Positions 49,167-58,678 of a DNA stretch of 64,000 nucleotides are shown here, one piece after another. The notes beneath the pieces were generated by a model, which saw only the letters and a list, made by a program, of their open reading frames with translations, ran no database searches and had not been told where the DNA came from. The stretch is taken from assembly GCA_000493945.1 (NCBI GenBank), contig AWNW01000013.1, forward strand, positions 2,287 through 66,286, read 5' to 3'. Each line of letters starts with the position of its first letter. The first letter of the stretch is position 1. Source of the DNA: Candidatus Hydrogenedens terephthalaticus JGI OTU-1. GTDB lineage: Bacteria; Hydrogenedentota; Hydrogenedentia; Hydrogenedentales; Hydrogenedentaceae. A program made the translations under genes and the position numbers.

Positions 49167-51002
49167 TTATTCTACAGTAACGCTTTTCGCCAGGTTACGG
49201 GGTTGGTCTACATCGCATCCACGATTAACCGCAATATAATACGCAAACAATTGTAATGGAACAGCAACGACGATAGGACTAAAAGGTTCATAACAATCGG
49301 GGACATATATAACATCTCTACTATGAGCGAGAATATCGTCATCGCCTTCTGTGGCTACGCTGATAACCAGTCCGCGCCGTGCTTTGATTTCCTGTATATT
49401 TGATACCATCTTTTCGTAGGTATCGCCTTTTACCGCAATACAAATAACAGGGAAGGTCTCAGTAACAAGGGCTATCGGGCCATGCTTCATCTCTCCTGCT
49501 GCATAACCTTCTGCATGGATATAACTGATTTCTTTCAGTTTTAATGCCCCTTCTAAAGCACTCGGGAAATTAAAGTTTCTTCCCAAATAGAAGCAACTTT
49601 CTGCATCTTTATATTCTGGCCTATTGGCTAACTCTTTTACTTTATCATGATTTTTTAATATATAATCAACCTTTGCCGGAATGGTTCTTAAATGCTCAAT
49701 CATTTCTCGGGCTTGTTGTTTGGTAAGTGTTCCACGAATTTGCCCTAACCATATTGTAAATAGTGCAAACGCCATACATTGTGATGTATAAGCCTTCGTA
49801 GAAGCTACGCCAATTTCCGGTCCCGCTTGTTGATATATAACACCGTGTGATTCGCGTGCAACACTGGATCCTACTACATTAACAATTGAAGCAACCTTAG
49901 CACCCCGACTTTTCGCAATGCGAATGGCTTCTAATGTATCGGCAGTTTCGCCAGATTGCGAAACAGCAATTAAGATTGTATTCGGTGGAATAATTGGGTC
50001 TCTATATCGAAACTCCGACGCTAAATCCAATTCCACAGGAACACGGGCAAATTTTTCTATGAGATATTTACCGACCATTCCTGCATGCCATGCTGTCCCA
50101 CAGGCAACAACATAAATTTTCTGGCAGGCTTTTAATTCATCCTCAGAAATATTCATATCCCTCAATTGCACCTTATCAGAGCCTTCTTCTACCCGTCCCC
50201 GAAGTGTGCTTTGAAGCACCTCTGCTTGCTGGAAGATTTCTTTTAACATGAAGTGAGGATAGCCTTCCTTCTCTGCTGCGGAATCGTCCCATTCTACATT
50301 ATGAACATGAACAGGGATAGAGTTTCCCTCAACATCCTCTATGCAAATGGTATCTCTCTTTATCTCACAGACATGTCCATTATCAATATAAATAACTTTT
50401 CGAGTATATTTCATAATAGCAGGCACATCCGAAGCAATATATCCCTCTCCGTCTCCAATACCAACAATGAGAGGACTACCATTTCTTGCGGCTATCAGCA
50501 CATCCGGATTGTTCTTGCATATAACACCGATAGCATAGGCACCTCTTAAATCTTTGAGGGCTCGTTGAACTGCTTTGAATAAATCGCCATCATAATATTT
50601 CCTTACCAGATGAACTATAGTTTCCGTATCAGTCTGGCTTCTGAATTTAATACCTTCTGCCTGTAATTGTTCACGAAGTTCATGAAAATTCTCGATAATA
50701 CCGTTATGCACCACAGCGATTTCCATGTTTGTATCAAAATGAGGATGTGAATTTACCTCAGATGGTTCTCCATGTGTTGCCCAGCGTGTATGTCCAATAC
50801 CCAATTGACCCTGTATTGGATGTTGTTCTAATTTAGCATCAAGTACTTTTAATTTTCCCACACTTTTTACGAACTCTAAACCATTATTATTTACAACAGC
50901 CACACCTGCTGAATCATATCCACGATATTCTAAACGATGCAGACCTGAAAGAATAATTTCTACTGCATTTTTGGGACCAATATAACCTACAATTCCACAC
51001 AT
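49167..51002 (-). CDS. glmS: Glutamine--fructose-6-phosphate aminotransferase
   Basis: MCGIVGYIG N-terminal nucleophile, two SIS domains and a C-terminal KSVTVE. Confidence 0.95.
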   Translation of the reverse strand: MCGIVGYIGPKNAVEIILSGLHRLEYRGYDSAGVAVVNNNGLEFVKSVGKLKVLDAKLEQHPIQGQLGIGHTRWATHGEPSEVNSHPHFDTNMEIAVVHNGIIENFHELREQLQAEGIKFRSQTDTETIVHLVRKYYDGDLFKAVQRALKDLRGAYAIGVICKNNPDVLIAARNGSPLIVGIGDGEGYIASDVPAIMKYTRKVIYIDNGHVCEIKRDTICIEDVEGNSIPVHVHNVEWDDSAAEKEGYPHFMLKEIFQQAEVLQSTLRGRVEEGSDKVQLRDMNISEDELKACQKIYVVACGTAWHAGMVGKYLIEKFARVPVELDLASEFRYRDPIIPPNTILIAVSQSGETADTLEAIRIAKSRGAKVASIVNVVGSSVARESHGVIYQQAGPEIGVASTKAYTSQCMAFALFTIWLGQIRGTLTKQQAREMIEHLRTIPAKVDYILKNHDKVKELANRPEYKDAESCFYLGRNFNFPSALEGALKLKEISYIHAEGYAAGEMKHGPIALVTETFPVICIAVKGDTYEKMVSNIQEIKARRGLVISVATEGDDDILAHSRDVIYVPDCYEPFSPIVVAVPLQLFAYYIAVNRGCDVDQPRNLAKSVTVE

Positions 51003-51081
51003 TTTTAAACAATCCTTTCCTGTTTAAGATTGGCATTTATATTTGTTACAAAACTTTTAGGGACTACTCTAAATGGGATTT

Positions 51082-52122
51082 CTACTTCTTGTAATAAGAC
51101 TTCATATCATCCAGAGTTAATGGCTTGTAGTCACCTGCATGACCAGCCTGACCGAAGGCTTTCATTCTCTCAACATATACTTGATATGCCGCTTCACGAG
51201 CCGGTTTTAAGTAATCTCTGGGGTCAAATTTCTCTGGTTGTTCCCAAAATACCTTACGAATAGCACCCGTTATCGCTAAACGACTATCGGTATCAACATT
51301 TACCTTACGAACACCATTCTCAATACCTTTCTTAATCTCTTCTAATGGGATACCTTTGGTACCCGGCATTTTGCCACCATATTTGTTAATAATATCCACC
51401 AATTCTTGAGGCACAGAACTGGAACCATGCATTACCATGTGACAATTGGGCATTCTTTTGTGAATTTCAATAATACGATCCATGGCTAATTTCGGTGGTA
51501 ATACTTCTCCTGTAACGGGGTCTTTTCTTGAAGATTTATAAGCACCGTGACTTGTTCCAATAGCAACAGCAAGAGCGTCTACACCCGTTTGTTTTACAAA
51601 TTCTTCTGCCTGGGCAGGGTCTGTTAAATGGGCTTCGACATCTTTATCAGACAAGCCTGCTCCGTGACCATCTTCAATTCCACCAAGACAACCCAATTCT
51701 GCCTCTACTGTTACACCTAATGGATGGGCTAATTCGATAACTTTCATTGTAATTTCAAGATTACCTTCGTATGTATTCGGTGTTTTTGCATCCTCTTTGA
51801 GGGAGCCATCTATCATTACGGATGTAAATCCAAGTTCTATGGCTTGCTTACATGTTTCTACACTGTTTCCATGGTCCAAATGCAATGCCACGGGGATATG
51901 CGGATATTCTTCTACTGCCGCTTCCATCAACTTCTTCAGGTAAATCATCTTACTATATTTCAATGCACCCCGACTTGCCTGTATGATAACAGGACTGTTG
52001 GTATCATTTGCAGCCTGCATAATCGCCTGGATTTGCTCCATATTATTCACATTGAAAGCACCCACACCGTAGCCGCCTTTGGCTGCTTCATCAAGTATTT
52101 GTCTCATAGGAACTAATGGCAT
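51082..52122 (-). CDS. fba: Class II fructose-bisphosphate aldolase
   Basis: ALHLDHG, the GTSHGAYK-type segment and MHGSS motifs. Confidence 0.9.
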   Translation of the reverse strand: MPLVPMRQILDEAAKGGYGVGAFNVNNMEQIQAIMQAANDTNSPVIIQASRGALKYSKMIYLKKLMEAAVEEYPHIPVALHLDHGNSVETCKQAIELGFTSVMIDGSLKEDAKTPNTYEGNLEITMKVIELAHPLGVTVEAELGCLGGIEDGHGAGLSDKDVEAHLTDPAQAEEFVKQTGVDALAVAIGTSHGAYKSSRKDPVTGEVLPPKLAMDRIIEIHKRMPNCHMVMHGSSSVPQELVDIINKYGGKMPGTKGIPLEEIKKGIENGVRKVNVDTDSRLAITGAIRKVFWEQPEKFDPRDYLKPAREAAYQVYVERMKAFGQAGHAGDYKPLTLDDMKSYYKK

Positions 52123-52259
52123 AACATTTCTCCTTAATTTAATTGTTTATAGTATTATTACTCTTACAGTTTTTATAGATTTACTTTCCACTAAATTAAT
52201 TAGGATTATAGACGGGCAGATAAAAGTTGTTTAATTATAACATTTATTCAAAATATAAT

Positions 52260-52958
52260 TCAACCACCTTTTTCACAATTAAAAATAGGATATTTGTTTA
52301 AGGGACATTGTGAACATTTAGGTATTTTCCTACAATAATCTTTTCCTGTCCAGACAATAAGCCCATGATATTCTTTATAAATATATACATCTTGGGGTAG
52401 ATATGTATGAAAATAATTTTGTATCTCATTGTAATTTAATTTTTCATCAAGAATCCCGTGCCTTGAAAAAATTCGTCTTGTATAAGCGTCTACGACAAAA
52501 ATTCGATGTCCACAGGCATAAAGTAAAATATCATCTGCAGTTTCAGGTCCAATACCTTTTATATTTAGCAACTCGTTTCTTAGTTCAGAAATATTTTTAT
52601 GAGCCATTTTTTCAATTTTTCCATCATATTTTTCAATCAGGTATTTACAAAATATGATAAGTCGTTCTGCTTTCTGTCGAAAATATCCTGAAGGTCGTAT
52701 AGCCTGTTCCAGTTGATTTCTATCACATTGAATTATTTTATAGGGATTTAGCAAGTCCTCTTTTTTTAAATTCTCAATGGCTTTTTCTACATTAGTCCAT
52801 GCGGTATTTTGTGTTAATATTGCCCCAATAGCGATTTCAAAAGGAGTTTCACCGGGCCACCAACCTGTGGGTCCATAAAAATCCGATAAGGTATTATAAA
52901 CTTCCATTAATGTCGGTCGTTCCTTTTCTTTCCGCTTCTTCCTGCTACAAGACTTCAT
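52260..52958 (-). CDS. Endonuclease III-related HhH-GPD protein (COG2231-like)
   Basis: GAILTQNTAW, the HhH segment LLNIKGIGPETADDILLY and a C-terminal Cys cluster CRKIPKCSQCPL. The ATG at 52958 lies 2 nt after the upstream stop, and a GTG at 52964 overlaps that stop. Confidence 0.7.
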   Translation of the reverse strand: MKSCSRKKRKEKERPTLMEVYNTLSDFYGPTGWWPGETPFEIAIGAILTQNTAWTNVEKAIENLKKEDLLNPYKIIQCDRNQLEQAIRPSGYFRQKAERLIIFCKYLIEKYDGKIEKMAHKNISELRNELLNIKGIGPETADDILLYACGHRIFVVDAYTRRIFSRHGILDEKLNYNEIQNYFHTYLPQDVYIYKEYHGLIVWTGKDYCRKIPKCSQCPLNKYPIFNCEKGG

Positions 52959-52960
52959 AT

Positions 52961-53851
52961 TCACGATATTTTCTCAACTTCACTCCGTATGGCTCGTATA
53001 TGTTCCGGGGTAGTTCCACAACAACCACCAATAATCCTTGCCCCGTTTTTATAGAAACCTGGGACATACTTTGCAAACATTTCAGGCGTTTCTGGATAAC
53101 GAATTCCTTCATCGGTTATTTGGGGTTGCCCTGCATTCGGATAAACTAAAAAAGGTACTCCTTTTTCATAAGCATACATTTTTTGCAATAGAACACACAT
53201 ATCCTCCACAGATAATGTGCAATTTACCCCAAGAATAGACACCCCTATTTGTTTCATCTCCTGAATAAACACTTCGGGGGTTGTCCCCATAATCGTATTA
53301 AATCGTTCTCCATCACTACTTCGCATAAAAGTAAAACTGACAACTATCTCCAACTTTGTATTTTCCTTCACAGCACGCACAGCACATCGGGCTTCATCCA
53401 AATCTGACATTGTCTCAATGGTGCAAGAATCCGCACCTCCTTTTTCTAATGCAATAGCCTGCTCACGGAACGATTCATACAATTCATCTTCGGATACATC
53501 ACCCATCATTATAAACTTACCACTGGGACCTATAGAAGCAAGCACATGGCACTTTTCTCCTACAGCTTTCCTTGTTAGGTAGGCGGCTTTTCTATTAAGT
53601 TCCTTTGCTTCGTTTTCTAAACCGTAAGATTTTAATTTTACTCGATTTCCTCCAAAACTATTAGTAGAAACCAAATCGGCTCCTGCTTCTTTATATGCAA
53701 TGGCAATCCCACTCACAATGTCTGGATGTTCGATATTCCATAGTTCGGGACATTCTCCTGCCTGCATACCTGCCTTTATTAATAATGTTCCCCAGCCACC
53801 ATCACCGACTAAAATTTTACCTGCTTTTATTTTTGATAATATACTATCCAT
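52961..53851 (-). CDS. Stand-alone homocysteine S-methyltransferase domain protein (MetH N-terminal-module-like)
   Basis: ILVGDGGWGTLL start region, with Zn-ligand contexts GVNCTL and IGGCCGTTPEHI. The ATG at 53851 overlaps the upstream stop (TGATG). The upstream in-frame extension to 53953 was rejected. Confidence 0.75.
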   Translation of the reverse strand: MDSILSKIKAGKILVGDGGWGTLLIKAGMQAGECPELWNIEHPDIVSGIAIAYKEAGADLVSTNSFGGNRVKLKSYGLENEAKELNRKAAYLTRKAVGEKCHVLASIGPSGKFIMMGDVSEDELYESFREQAIALEKGGADSCTIETMSDLDEARCAVRAVKENTKLEIVVSFTFMRSSDGERFNTIMGTTPEVFIQEMKQIGVSILGVNCTLSVEDMCVLLQKMYAYEKGVPFLVYPNAGQPQITDEGIRYPETPEMFAKYVPGFYKNGARIIGGCCGTTPEHIRAIRSEVEKIS

Positions 53852-54681
53852 CAACTTATTTCCTTTCCTTCCCCTTTTGTCAAATGCTTCCATGTTTCTT
53901 TTACTAAAAAACTGTTTGGAGCATCTTTCTCTACTTGTAAAAATAACTCCCATGGAAAAGTAATTGTTAAATAGTTATCTCCTATTTGTTTTTTCACATT
54001 TAATCGAGCAGAAATATCGGTCAAACCAATAACGGCTTTGGGTTCTTCACCATTCTTTGCATACGCCCAAATACCTATTGTCTGGCATCCAGCTGAATAT
54101 GGAGCAATAACACTATTCATCGTTTTACTACGGAAATTGGCAAGGATTATTAATGCGGATAATTGATGGGGTTCTACTAAAAAAACGACCGTTTTAGGTT
54201 GTTCGGTATCTGGATTTACTTGAGACAGTGGCTTAAAGATAACATAGTCATACGGAATATCTATTATAGGTAATGTCTGAATAAAATTCTGCACCTGTTC
54301 TGGGGAAGATAAATATCCTTCTCCATACAGAAAATCTTGCATAAATTCGGGAGTAACAAAATTTTTAATCTGTTCAGCAACACCTTCACCAATAGGATGT
54401 CCTTTGTTTCCTGTTGAAAGAAACCTGCAAAAACAATCTTCCCCTCCGGGAAAATCTTTATATAGATTTCCAAAACCAAGCCCAACACCACCGCCCCAAC
54501 ATCCATAGGTTACACGAGAAAAAACGGCAGTCTTTCCTTTTGCTGCACTTACAAACCACCAAATTACACAGCCCCATTTACCGGGTTTAAATTCTATGGC
54601 ATGTTCTGGTTTATGGTTTGACCAAAGTATTGCCACAGGTTCATATTTGAGAGATAACAAATCAGAAAGAACTGTTTTCAT
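53851..54681 (-). CDS. DUF169-like protein (COG2043-like), function unknown
   Basis: The N-terminal LKYEPVAILWS pattern and conserved Cys/Gly-rich core (GCWGGGVGLGFG) resemble DUF169. This assignment is from memory of the family only. Confidence 0.5.
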   Translation of the reverse strand: MKTVLSDLLSLKYEPVAILWSNHKPEHAIEFKPGKWGCVIWWFVSAAKGKTAVFSRVTYGCWGGGVGLGFGNLYKDFPGGEDCFCRFLSTGNKGHPIGEGVAEQIKNFVTPEFMQDFLYGEGYLSSPEQVQNFIQTLPIIDIPYDYVIFKPLSQVNPDTEQPKTVVFLVEPHQLSALIILANFRSKTMNSVIAPYSAGCQTIGIWAYAKNGEEPKAVIGLTDISARLNVKKQIGDNYLTITFPWELFLQVEKDAPNSFLVKETWKHLTKGEGKEIS

Positions 54682-54690
54682 AAATTTTTA

Positions 54691-55374
54691 CTAACTTGCC
54701 AAACCTAATTTTGCATCGAGATATTCGATACAGCCTTGCGGGTCTGGAGAATAGGCATCTGCACCTATCTTATTGCAAAAGTCTTGCGTTAATGGAGCAC
54801 CTCCTACAACTACAGTAACTTCAGGAACCTCAGATTTCAATACTTTAACCGCTTTTTCCATATTCATCATGGTAGTGGTCAATAAGGCACTCATTCCTAC
54901 TACGGCACCCGGATTTTCTTTTAACGCTTGGAGGAATTTTTCAGGAGAGGTATCTACACCTAAATCAATTACTTTCCAACCAGCACCTTCCATCATCATC
55001 CGCACAAGATTTTTACCTATATCGTGCAAATCACCTTGAACTGTACCTATAATAAAAATCCCTTTATGTTTTGCTTCACCCCTTTCAAAAGCACTTTTTA
55101 AAAAGGGCATACCCGCATTCATTGCTCGTGCAGACATCAAAACATCCGGAACAAATACTTCATTACAACTAAATTTTTTACCTATAACACTCATACCTTT
55201 CATCAAACCCTCACTTAGTATCTGACTTGCAGGTATCCCCATTCCAAGGGCTTGTTGAACCAATTCTTCGGTTCCATCCTGTCCCTTTAAATCAGGCGGA
55301 TAGGGAGAATTCTTATTAATTTTACCTCTTTCAACGCAAGTTGCAATTTGTTCCAGAATATTTTCCATAGCCAT
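54691..55374 (-). CDS. Corrinoid (cobalamin-binding) protein, MtaC/MtbC/MetH-B12-module-like
   Basis: The DxHxxG motif is GDLHDIGKN, SxL is SALLTTT and GG is VVGGA. An N-terminal helical cap region is present. The length is 227 aa. Confidence 0.85.
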   Translation of the reverse strand: MAMENILEQIATCVERGKINKNSPYPPDLKGQDGTEELVQQALGMGIPASQILSEGLMKGMSVIGKKFSCNEVFVPDVLMSARAMNAGMPFLKSAFERGEAKHKGIFIIGTVQGDLHDIGKNLVRMMMEGAGWKVIDLGVDTSPEKFLQALKENPGAVVGMSALLTTTMMNMEKAVKVLKSEVPEVTVVVGGAPLTQDFCNKIGADAYSPDPQGCIEYLDAKLGLAS

Positions 55375-55423
55375 TTCCCTTATCGTATATATTTTTTTTG
55401 AATTGATTTAAATTATTATCAAA

Positions 55424-55759
55424 TTATGAAAGCCTTTTCCAATTATGGCCTCCTCCATTCTTACAGGGAACTCCTCCATACGGTGTATCTTTTGATTTAA
55501 TAACCAGCCCACATTTGCTACACTGATAATTTTTATCTCCTACTTGACCTAAACATCGCCAGTGATGTCCCCCTCCTTCTTTACAACTACCCATAGAAGG
55601 CTGATTAACTGCTTCTATGTGCAATCCACACTTAGGACAATAATAATTTTTTAATACCATTTCATCAGCGGGTAAAGAACTATTGGGGAAAATAAAAAAG
55701 GAACAAACAATGATTATGATTAGAACAAATAAGAATGTTGTTTTTATTTTCACAATCAA
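55424..55759 (-). CDS. Small secreted or anchored protein with two tandem CxxC...C...H (C3H) units
   Basis: An N-terminal hydrophobic helix is followed by YYCPKCGLHIEAVNQPSMGSCKEGGGHHW and YQCSKCGLVIKSKDTPYGGVPCKNGGGHNW. Confidence 0.5.
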   Translation of the reverse strand: MIVKIKTTFLFVLIIIIVCSFFIFPNSSLPADEMVLKNYYCPKCGLHIEAVNQPSMGSCKEGGGHHWRCLGQVGDKNYQCSKCGLVIKSKDTPYGGVPCKNGGGHNWKRLS

Positions 55760-55871
55760 ATACCTTTTTATAATACATATATTTTGATATTCTTTTTATT
55801 TTTAATAACATAGTCGAAATATGAATTAATGATATAATCTTTTCATCTCACAAGTAAAATTTATTTTTCCC

Positions 55872-57068
55872 GTGAATATGCAACTATCCAAAAACGATAA
55901 AAATAATGATACGCCATCCTCTATATCCCTATTCCATTTATGCTGGGAGTTTTTGAAAATAGGGACGATTGGCTTTGGTGGCGGATGGGTAATAATTTCA
56001 TTAATCCACAATCGTTTCGTGACACAAAAAAAACTCATAAGTGATGAAGATTTTACCGTAGGTCTCGGTCTTAGTCAATTTTTAGGGGCTTTTGCTGTAA
56101 ATACAACCTCGTTTGTTGGGAGAAAATTGAAAGGAATAAAAGGTTCTATTTTAGCCTCATTTTTCTTTCTTCTCCCCTCTTTTGTAATTGTCTGTATTCT
56201 TACAGGACTTTATTTCAAATTCAACAGAATATTTAATTTTGAAAGCATATTAAAAGGTATTTCTCCTGTTATCATTGCTCTAATGCTTTCTACCGCATTT
56301 GATCTGTCTATCAAAATTAAAAAGGACTTAGCATTTTTAATCATCCTGCTCTTTGTAATTATTGGGGGGTTATTTAATATTAATTATGTACTACTACTTA
56401 TTTTTTCCGGTGTTTTTCAAATATTTTTTTCTCATTCAAAACGAAATAATACAGAAAAAAACACTCTGCACCCTATATATTTTCTACAGCATCCTTATAA
56501 CTTTCTTTCAGGTGTTCCAGCCTTTTTTTCCATTATAGGAACCCCTTCTTTTTTTACTATGGGCTTGGTGTTTTTTGGAATAGGTTTTATCTTTTTTGGT
56601 GGAGGATATGCTCTTCTCCCTCTTCTACAAAATATCTTTGTAAATAAACTTCAATGGATTGCAAATCACGATTTTATTGTAGGGATAGCCATAAGTCAAG
56701 CGACACCGGGACCTTTTGCCATAATTGCGACTTTTCTGGGATATTATTTAAAAGGCGTAATCGGGGCTTTTATTGCTACTTTTATGATTTTTTTACCTGC
56801 ATTTGTGTTTTTACAAATACTTATCAGCCTGCAAAATAACTTCAAGGATAATAAAAATGTTCAGGCTTTTATAAAAGGTATCAACATTGCTATTATAGGA
56901 CAACTAATCCTTTTGTCTTACCATTTCTCTATAGAAACATTAACCCCTATTTTTCTTCCTTCAGTTATTTTTCTACTTATTAGTCTGGTTCTGTTTTTTA
57001 TTTATAAGACACCGCCCATTATTCTTATTGTAATAGGAATTGTTTACGGACTTCTTTTTATAAAATAG
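55872..57068 (+). CDS. chrA: Chromate transporter (CHR family, duplicated two-domain form)
   Basis: FLKIGTIGFGGG is repeated in the second half as GIGFIFFGGGYALLP. The protein is polytopic. The start is ambiguous: GTG at 55872 or ATG at 55878. Confidence 0.85.
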   Translation: MNMQLSKNDKNNDTPSSISLFHLCWEFLKIGTIGFGGGWVIISLIHNRFVTQKKLISDEDFTVGLGLSQFLGAFAVNTTSFVGRKLKGIKGSILASFFFLLPSFVIVCILTGLYFKFNRIFNFESILKGISPVIIALMLSTAFDLSIKIKKDLAFLIILLFVIIGGLFNINYVLLLIFSGVFQIFFSHSKRNNTEKNTLHPIYFLQHPYNFLSGVPAFFSIIGTPSFFTMGLVFFGIGFIFFGGGYALLPLLQNIFVNKLQWIANHDFIVGIAISQATPGPFAIIATFLGYYLKGVIGAFIATFMIFLPAFVFLQILISLQNNFKDNKNVQAFIKGINIAIIGQLILLSYHFSIETLTPIFLPSVIFLLISLVLFFIYKTPPIILIVIGIVYGLLFIK

Positions 57069-57071
57069 GGA

Positions 57072-58562
57072 TTATTTCAAAATCTTGCGACCTTCTGAGG
57101 ACTTAATACCGGAAACAATTCGTTCAAAGGCTTCTTCATTCGAACAGGCACTCATTGCTTCTTCTTTAGTTACCAATCCTTTTTGATACAACTCCACGGC
57201 ATATTGGTCGAAACTCTTCATATCACCATCCACCTCCATAATTCCATGAAGTTTATCAAGATCACCTTCAAGAATAGCATCGCGAACAATAGGTTTTCCG
57301 CCTAATAATATTTCCAGACATGGGATTCTACCACCACCCACTCGTTTCAATAATCTTTGACATACAACCCCCTGAAGAGAGTATGCCAATTCTTGACGGA
57401 TTAAGTCGCGTTCATTCTGAGGGAAATAACTGATAATACGATTTACCGTATCTACGGCTGTTGTTGTATGGAGCGTACTAAAAACAAGGTGACCTGTTTC
57501 AGCCGCACTTAATCCTGCACGAATAGTATCCCTATCACGCATTTCACCAACGAGAATTACATCTGGGTCTTCACGCAACGAACCACGCAAAGCATTGGCA
57601 AAGGATAAGGTGTCCCTACCTACTTGTCGTTGTGAAACGATGCTTTTTTTATCTGTATATACATATTCAATAGGGTCTTCAATTGTTATTATATTGGCAG
57701 AACGAGTTGCATTTATATAATCTACCATCGCCGCTAATGTAGTGGATTTACCACTTCCTGTAATACCACAAACAAGGAAAAGCCCCCTGTGTCTATTACA
57801 TACATCACGGACTACTTCCGGAATATTTAACTTTTCAAAAGGTAACGGTTCTTCGGGGATTAAACGAATAGCAAGAGCAGGTGCACTCATTTTGATATAA
57901 CCGCTACAACGGAGATAACCTACTCCCGCAGCATGGTATTGGAAACTGGTCTCACGCTCTGTATATAACATATCCACCTGTTCCTGGCCTCCCAACTGAT
58001 ATAACAAATCTTTCATGTCTTCCGCATTTAAGGGAGGTAGATCCAATGGCGCAAGGTCATTATCTACACGAATATAAGGTCTGGCACCGGCTCTTAAATG
58101 TAAATCTGAGGCATTTCTTGCCTTCATCATCTCTATCATTACATTTATATTGAACCCTGTATTCACATAAGCAAGAACTTCTAATTGCCATGTGCGAGAA
58201 CGAAGTGTTGATTTTGAATATCTCTCTATTACATCATCAAGAGGCATAAGAAGTGGTAATTGCTTCCAGTTAAATCCCGGAACTAAAACTTTGCATAAGC
58301 CATCTTCACATTTGGAACGAACACCTATTCGGGTTTCATCAAATGCTCTAATTATTTCATCATGGTTTGCAGATTCTTTGGTAGCAAATGTAATTTGTAT
58401 TGAATCTACTTTTTTACTTAAATCGTTAGATTTGGCGATAAGGCTACATCCTTCCGTAGCAATTTTTACCTCTGATGGCACGCCTGTTGCTCGGATTACT
58501 TCATGAAGCCCAATTCTAAAAATATCCATGATTGTTGACTTAGATTGACTACCTATGTACAT
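57072..58562 (-). CDS. pilT: PilT/PilU-family secretion ATPase with an N-terminal extension of ~150 aa
   Basis: Walker A GITGSGKSTTLAAM, Asp box/Walker B ILVGEMRD and His box STLHT. The N-terminal ~150 aa have no motif I recognise. Confidence 0.8.
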   Translation of the reverse strand: MYIGSQSKSTIMDIFRIGLHEVIRATGVPSEVKIATEGCSLIAKSNDLSKKVDSIQITFATKESANHDEIIRAFDETRIGVRSKCEDGLCKVLVPGFNWKQLPLLMPLDDVIERYSKSTLRSRTWQLEVLAYVNTGFNINVMIEMMKARNASDLHLRAGARPYIRVDNDLAPLDLPPLNAEDMKDLLYQLGGQEQVDMLYTERETSFQYHAAGVGYLRCSGYIKMSAPALAIRLIPEEPLPFEKLNIPEVVRDVCNRHRGLFLVCGITGSGKSTTLAAMVDYINATRSANIITIEDPIEYVYTDKKSIVSQRQVGRDTLSFANALRGSLREDPDVILVGEMRDRDTIRAGLSAAETGHLVFSTLHTTTAVDTVNRIISYFPQNERDLIRQELAYSLQGVVCQRLLKRVGGGRIPCLEILLGGKPIVRDAILEGDLDKLHGIMEVDGDMKSFDQYAVELYQKGLVTKEEAMSACSNEEAFERIVSGIKSSEGRKILK

Positions 58563-58678
58563 AAATAATGCCCTTTATTAAGCCCGTTATTTTTGGTGTT
58601 AAATTATATAAAATCTATAAATATTGAAAATATTAACATAATATAATAAAATTTCCAATGAAAAGTCAACATTTTTAA

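Noticed and set aside
53852-53953. A 34-codon upstream extension of the homocysteine methyltransferase ORF
   Set aside because: It overlaps the 3' end of the DUF169 gene. The ATG at 53851 forms a TGATG coupling junction and begins the conserved domain.
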